Source: an uncultured Staphylococcaceae bacterium
GTDB taxonomy: Bacteria; Bacillota_I; Bacilli_A; RFN20; CAG-826
DNA length: 64,000 bases
Reading direction: 5' to 3'
NCBI GenBank assembly: GCA_964497235.1
Contig: CAZCCJ010000003.1
Coordinates: forward strand, 4,668 to 68,667
Part shown: in pieces, positions 60,389 through 64,000 of the stretch
Position numbering within the stretch: position 1 is the stretch's first letter
Layout: every line of letters begins with the position of its first letter
Made by a program: the position numbers and the translations under genes
Notes under the pieces: model-generated
Seen by the model: only the letters and a program-made list of their open reading frames with translations
Databases searched by the model: none
What the model was told of the DNA's origin: nothing

Positions 60389-61080
60389 ACTTTGAAGAAC
60401 TCGGTTTGTCAGTCAAAGGATTCATGGATCTGAATGATGAGAAAATCGCTTCCTTGAAAAGGTATCGCGAGCTCGTTTTGGAAAGCAACAAGCAATTCAA
60501 CCTCACCTCTATAACCGACGAGAATGAATTCATCATAAAGCATTTCTACGATTCCTTAATTCCCTTGAAATATCTAAGCATCGAAGGAAAGGAAGTATTG
60601 GACTTCGGTTCTGGGGCCGGTTTCCCCGGCGTGCCGTTTGCGATTTCCGTTCCTAATGCCAGGTTGACTTTATTGGACGCCACGCGGAAAAAATGCCTTT
60701 TCCTGTCGTCGGTCAAAGACGAATTGAGACTCGACAATGTCGAAGTCGTCTGCGCTAGGGGAGAAAGTTTGGCGAAGAAAGAAGGATTTGACGTCGTCAC
60801 CGCAAGAGCCGTCGCCTCCTTGCCGATCCTCCTCGAACTCGTTTCCCAATCCATCCGCGTTGGCGGAAGGCTTCTCGCTTTAAAAGGAGACCATGGGAAA
60901 GATGAGCTTTCGGAGAGCGAAGGCGCCATCAAAAAGCTAGGCTTCAAATTAGAGAAAGTCGAGGAATACGAACTTCCTGAAAAAATGGGCGGAAGGACGC
61001 TGATAATATTGAAAAAGGTCGCGAAAACGCCCAATAAATTCCCGCGTCTTTATGCCGATATGCTGAAGAAGCCTCTTTGA
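60385..61080 (+). CDS. rsmG: 16S rRNA (guanine527-N7)-methyltransferase RsmG (GidB)
   Basis: SAM-binding DFGSGAGFPG; gidA-gidB linkage. Confidence 0.85.
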   Translation: MNFEELGLSVKGFMDLNDEKIASLKRYRELVLESNKQFNLTSITDENEFIIKHFYDSLIPLKYLSIEGKEVLDFGSGAGFPGVPFAISVPNARLTLLDATRKKCLFLSSVKDELRLDNVEVVCARGESLAKKEGFDVVTARAVASLPILLELVSQSIRVGGRLLALKGDHGKDELSESEGAIKKLGFKLEKVEEYELPEKMGGRTLIILKKVAKTPNKFPRLYADMLKKPL

Positions 61081-61113
61081 GAGGAGCTTCCATAGGTGCT
61101 ACCATAATCTCCC

Positions 61114-61884
61114 ATGAATAAAGTAATCGCCATCGCAAACCAAAAAGGCGGGGTCGGAAAGACAACGACCGCGATCAACCTCTCGAGCGCTTTGGCGAAG
61201 AACGGCTTTTCGGTGCTGCTTATCGATTTGGACTCGCAAGGTAACGCGTCAAGGGGCCTTGGCCTCGACGTGTTGTCTTTGCCTCACACCGTCTACGATG
61301 TTCTTTTGGGCGACATATCCATCGATTTGGCGATCAAAAAGACGAAAGAAGCAAATCTCGACATCTTGCCTAGCAACCTCAAATTGGCGAATCTCGACAT
61401 CGCCATCCAAAACAAGGGTATAGCGAGCCCTTTTTGCTTGCTTAAGAACGCTTTGTCTGGCTTAAAGGCGGAATACGATTTCACGATAATAGATTGCCCT
61501 CCGTCTTTGGGGCTACTAAACATAAACGCGATGGCTTCCTCGAATTCGATAATCATCCCCGTTCAGTGCGAATTTTTCGCGATGGAAGGCGTGGCGGCCA
61601 TCCTTTCCTCGATCAACAAAATCCAAAATGACTTCAATCCCGGATTAAAGATCGAAGGCTTTTTGCTCACGATGTATGACTCGAGAAATTCTTTGGACAC
61701 GGAAATCGCTAGGCAAGTGAGAGGCCTATTCAAAGAGAATACCTTCGATTCGGTGATACCGAGGAACATATCGATACCCGAGGCCTCGATGCATGGACTC
61801 TCTGTTCTTTCTTTCCGCCCTTCGTCGATCGGTTCCGTTGCCTATATGTCATTGGCCAAGGAAATAATCAAGAATGGCAACTAA
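61114..61884 (+). CDS. parA: ParA/Soj-family partition ATPase
   Basis: deviant Walker A KGGVGKTT. Confidence 0.85.
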   Translation: MNKVIAIANQKGGVGKTTTAINLSSALAKNGFSVLLIDLDSQGNASRGLGLDVLSLPHTVYDVLLGDISIDLAIKKTKEANLDILPSNLKLANLDIAIQNKGIASPFCLLKNALSGLKAEYDFTIIDCPPSLGLLNINAMASSNSIIIPVQCEFFAMEGVAAILSSINKIQNDFNPGLKIEGFLLTMYDSRNSLDTEIARQVRGLFKENTFDSVIPRNISIPEASMHGLSVLSFRPSSIGSVAYMSLAKEIIKNGN

Positions 61885-62674
61885 GAGGAAAGACGTCGCT
61901 TCCTTATCCGAGCTCGTATCCCGTTTTTCGAAATTCGACGTCATCGCCGAGATGGAAAAGGAATACCAATCCTTCGCCAGCAAAAACATGCCTTTGTCGC
62001 TAATCGACGATAATTCATACGTCAAACGCGTCCACTTTCCGAAAAGCAGATTGGAATCTTTGGGCAAATCGATCGGAGAGAAGGGGGTGTTCAGCCCTTT
62101 GCTAGTCCGAGAGAAGGGATCGCATTACGAATTGATATTGGGAAGAAAAAGGTATTTCGGCGCTAAAGTGGCCGGTCTTTCCTCGATCCCTGTAATCGTC
62201 TCGAATATGGGCGACGAAGAGATGCTATTGATCCTTTTGGCCGATACGCGCGATCAAAAGGAATCGAATATATTGGAAATGGCGTATATCTATAATGCAT
62301 TGACGCAGAAATTCAAATATTCCCAGCAAACCCTGGCTAAAATATCGCATGAATCGAGAAGCCAAGTCACCAATACCATGCGGCTTCTTTCTCTTCCCGA
62401 CCCCATCATCAAGGAAGTTTCGTTAGGGGAACTCAGCTTCGGCCACGCCAGAGCGATGCTTTCTCTTAGCCAAGAGGACATCATTTCTTTGTCTAAACGG
62501 ATACACGAAGAGAATCTCTCAGTACGAGAGACGGAAAAGATCGTCAGAGCGATGGCCGGGAAAGAAGAGAAAGCCTTCTTCGACGCCAAGATCGACGGCA
62601 ATAAGATAACTCTCGAATTCGTTGACGTAGACGCTGCGGAAAGTTACTTTGAGTCTCTTAAAAAGGGCCGATAA
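61874..62674 (+). CDS. parB: ParB/Spo0J-family protein (divergent)
   Basis: ParB-like N-domain (LGRKRYFGA) and HTH region; overlaps parA stop. Confidence 0.65.
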   Translation: MATKRKDVASLSELVSRFSKFDVIAEMEKEYQSFASKNMPLSLIDDNSYVKRVHFPKSRLESLGKSIGEKGVFSPLLVREKGSHYELILGRKRYFGAKVAGLSSIPVIVSNMGDEEMLLILLADTRDQKESNILEMAYIYNALTQKFKYSQQTLAKISHESRSQVTNTMRLLSLPDPIIKEVSLGELSFGHARAMLSLSQEDIISLSKRIHEENLSVRETEKIVRAMAGKEEKAFFDAKIDGNKITLEFVDVDAAESYFESLKKGR

Positions 62675-62711
62675 GAATATCGATTGCCTTTTCTCCTCCC
62701 CTTCATATAAT

Positions 62712-62826
62712 AGAGGTGCTTCAGGGTGACGCGAAATACGTCGACTGGCGGTATAGCCCGCAAACGAATTAGTCGAATCGGTGAGATTCCGATGCCAACG
62801 GTATAGTCCGGATGAAAGAGGCCAAT
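62712..62826 (+). promoter_or_regulatory. FMN riboswitch (RFN element) aptamer
   Basis: CUUCAGGGUGACGCGAAAUACGUCGACUGGCGGUAUAGCCCGCAAAC...CGGUGAGAUUCCGAUGCCAACGGUAUAGUCCGGAUGAAAGAGG matches RFN consensus blocks (GGGUG..GAAAU..CCGGCGGUA..AGCCCGC / GGUGA.AUUCC..ACC.ACGGUA.AGUCCGGAUG.AAGAG). Confidence 0.75.
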
Positions 62827-62835
62827 GTTTCTTTC

Positions 62836-62861
62836 GCCTCCTGAAGATGGAGGATTTTTTT
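62836..62861 (+). terminator. riboswitch expression-platform terminator
   Basis: GCCTCC-TGAAGAT-GGAGG hairpin + TTTTTTT immediately before ribU ATG; CUGAAG can alternatively pair with the aptamer 5' CUUCAG (antiterminator logic). Confidence 0.6.
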
Positions 62862-63557
62862 ATGGAAGAAAGAATCAGAAGATACCTCTCCTTGGCGATG
62901 TTCATCCTTCTTCTTGTCGCCTTTTTCTTCTCTTATTTCAAAGAGCGGGGGAAACGATCGTTCAATTATTCGCGCTTAATCGCGAGAGCGGCCGTCTTCG
63001 GCGCCATATCGACTATCCTTTACGTCGTTCCGGTCTTCAATCTATCCTTGCCTTTCTTTCCTTCGTTTTTATCCCTTCATTTCGATGAGATACCCGCTTT
63101 CATCGCGGGTTATGCGTATGGCCCCATCACGGCGCTTGTCGTCATTTTGATCAAGACTTTGATTAAGCTTCCGATGAGCAGCACTTTGGGCGTAGGGGAG
63201 CTAACGGATTTCATTTTGAGCTCCTCTTTCGTCTTAAGCGCGACAATTTTGTATAAGAAGAAACGCAATTTCGTTGGGGTTTTCTCCGGTTTTGGCATCT
63301 CTTTGATCATTCAAAACGTCGTCGCGTTATTGCTTAACATCTACGTCATGCTCCCCTTTTACATCGCCGTCATGGGCTATGACGAAAGCCAATTGCTTTC
63401 TTTATGCCAAATGGCCAATTCGTCGGTCCAGAACCTGGGATGGTCATACGGCCTATGCTGCGTTCTTCCGTTCAACCTTTTCAAAGATGCGTGCGTTTTG
63501 GTTTTGACTTTCTTGATTTATAAGATTCTCCATAAACCCCTTAGATGGGACAAATGA
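62862..63557 (+). CDS. ribU: ECF transporter S component, probably riboflavin-specific (RibU)
   Basis: ~230 aa 6-TM S-component-like protein directly downstream of an FMN riboswitch. Confidence 0.6.
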   Translation: MEERIRRYLSLAMFILLLVAFFFSYFKERGKRSFNYSRLIARAAVFGAISTILYVVPVFNLSLPFFPSFLSLHFDEIPAFIAGYAYGPITALVVILIKTLIKLPMSSTLGVGELTDFILSSSFVLSATILYKKKRNFVGVFSGFGISLIIQNVVALLLNIYVMLPFYIAVMGYDESQLLSLCQMANSSVQNLGWSYGLCCVLPFNLFKDACVLVLTFLIYKILHKPLRWDK

Positions 63558-63604
63558 GGAAATGAAAAAGACCGCTTCTCAGCGGCCTTCTTCTTATTTC
63601 GCTA

Positions 63605-63790
63605 TTAGTCTTCCCACTCGATGGCGGCGACTGGGCAAGAGGCGATCACATCGTTGATCGCTCCTTCGTCGGCGACTTCTCCGACGACTTCGCTCTTACC
63701 GTCATCCGTGAAGGCGAACACTTCTGGAGCACTTCCGACACAGAGACCGCATCCGATGCAGGCATCGGCGACGACTTTGACTTTTTTCAT
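63605..63790 (-). CDS. 4Fe-4S ferredoxin
   Basis: 61 aa, CIGCGLC and second Cys cluster. Confidence 0.85.
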   Translation of the reverse strand: MKKVKVVADACIGCGLCVGSAPEVFAFTDDGKSEVVGEVADEGAINDVIASCPVAAIEWED

Positions 63791-64000
63791 TTTTCTTCCT
63801 CCGATGAAACATGCGTATTTTAGAACGAAAACTTTTTCCTTTCAATCTTTAAGGAATATCAGCGTTAATCGATTGTTTTGTTAGTTATCGCTAACTAAGT
63901 TGATTGTCGCCTGTTTATGAAAAATATTTTAAGAAAGCAAAGATTCGAAAGAAAAAGAAAAAACGGCCGACGAATCGGCCGTTTCATGCTGCTAAATCAA

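Overview
This 64 kb window looks like a chromosomal segment of a low-GC Firmicutes/Mollicutes-related organism (Acholeplasma/Erysipelotrichia-like gene content) using the standard genetic code. Most of it is core metabolism and housekeeping: ECF transporter ecfA/ecfT, truA, rplM-rpsI, glyA, recN, gpsA, tex, a nagA/ROK/FGGY sugar-catabolic block, a sufCDSUB Fe-S operon, mnmG-rsmG-parA-parB, and an FMN riboswitch in front of an ECF riboflavin S-component. A UDP-L-FucNAc-type nucleotide-sugar module (CapE/CapF/2-epimerase plus a small phosphoglycosyl transferase) lies beside a YtrA-like GntR/ABC operon. The one clearly accessory patch is ~7.95-12.85 kb, immediately beside a tRNA Ile-Val-Thr cluster. 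It holds decayed fragments of an AlbA_2/HATPase_c_4/wHTH-type regulator and two intact convergent COG1373-type AAA+ ATPase genes (AAA_14 + DUF4143, whose C-terminus is a predicted PD-(D/E)xK nuclease-like domain). One copy has an intact D...E-x-K motif and the other a degenerate one. A decayed third copy shows the locus arose by local duplication. A composite palindromic repeat (TCCGGAAAAG-TGTAGAATTCTACA) brackets one ATPase gene and recurs, degenerate, in the promoter of the other. This locus is the best candidate for an undescribed, defence-like system. Other notable items are an apparently circularly permuted family III CoA-transferase-like protein with an N-terminal extension, a SWIM + SNF2 helicase pair (ywqB/ywqA-like), a truncated SufD, and two overlapping giant lipoproteins (one PrsA/parvulin-like). 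No CRISPR array, rRNA, IS transposase or integrase was recognised.
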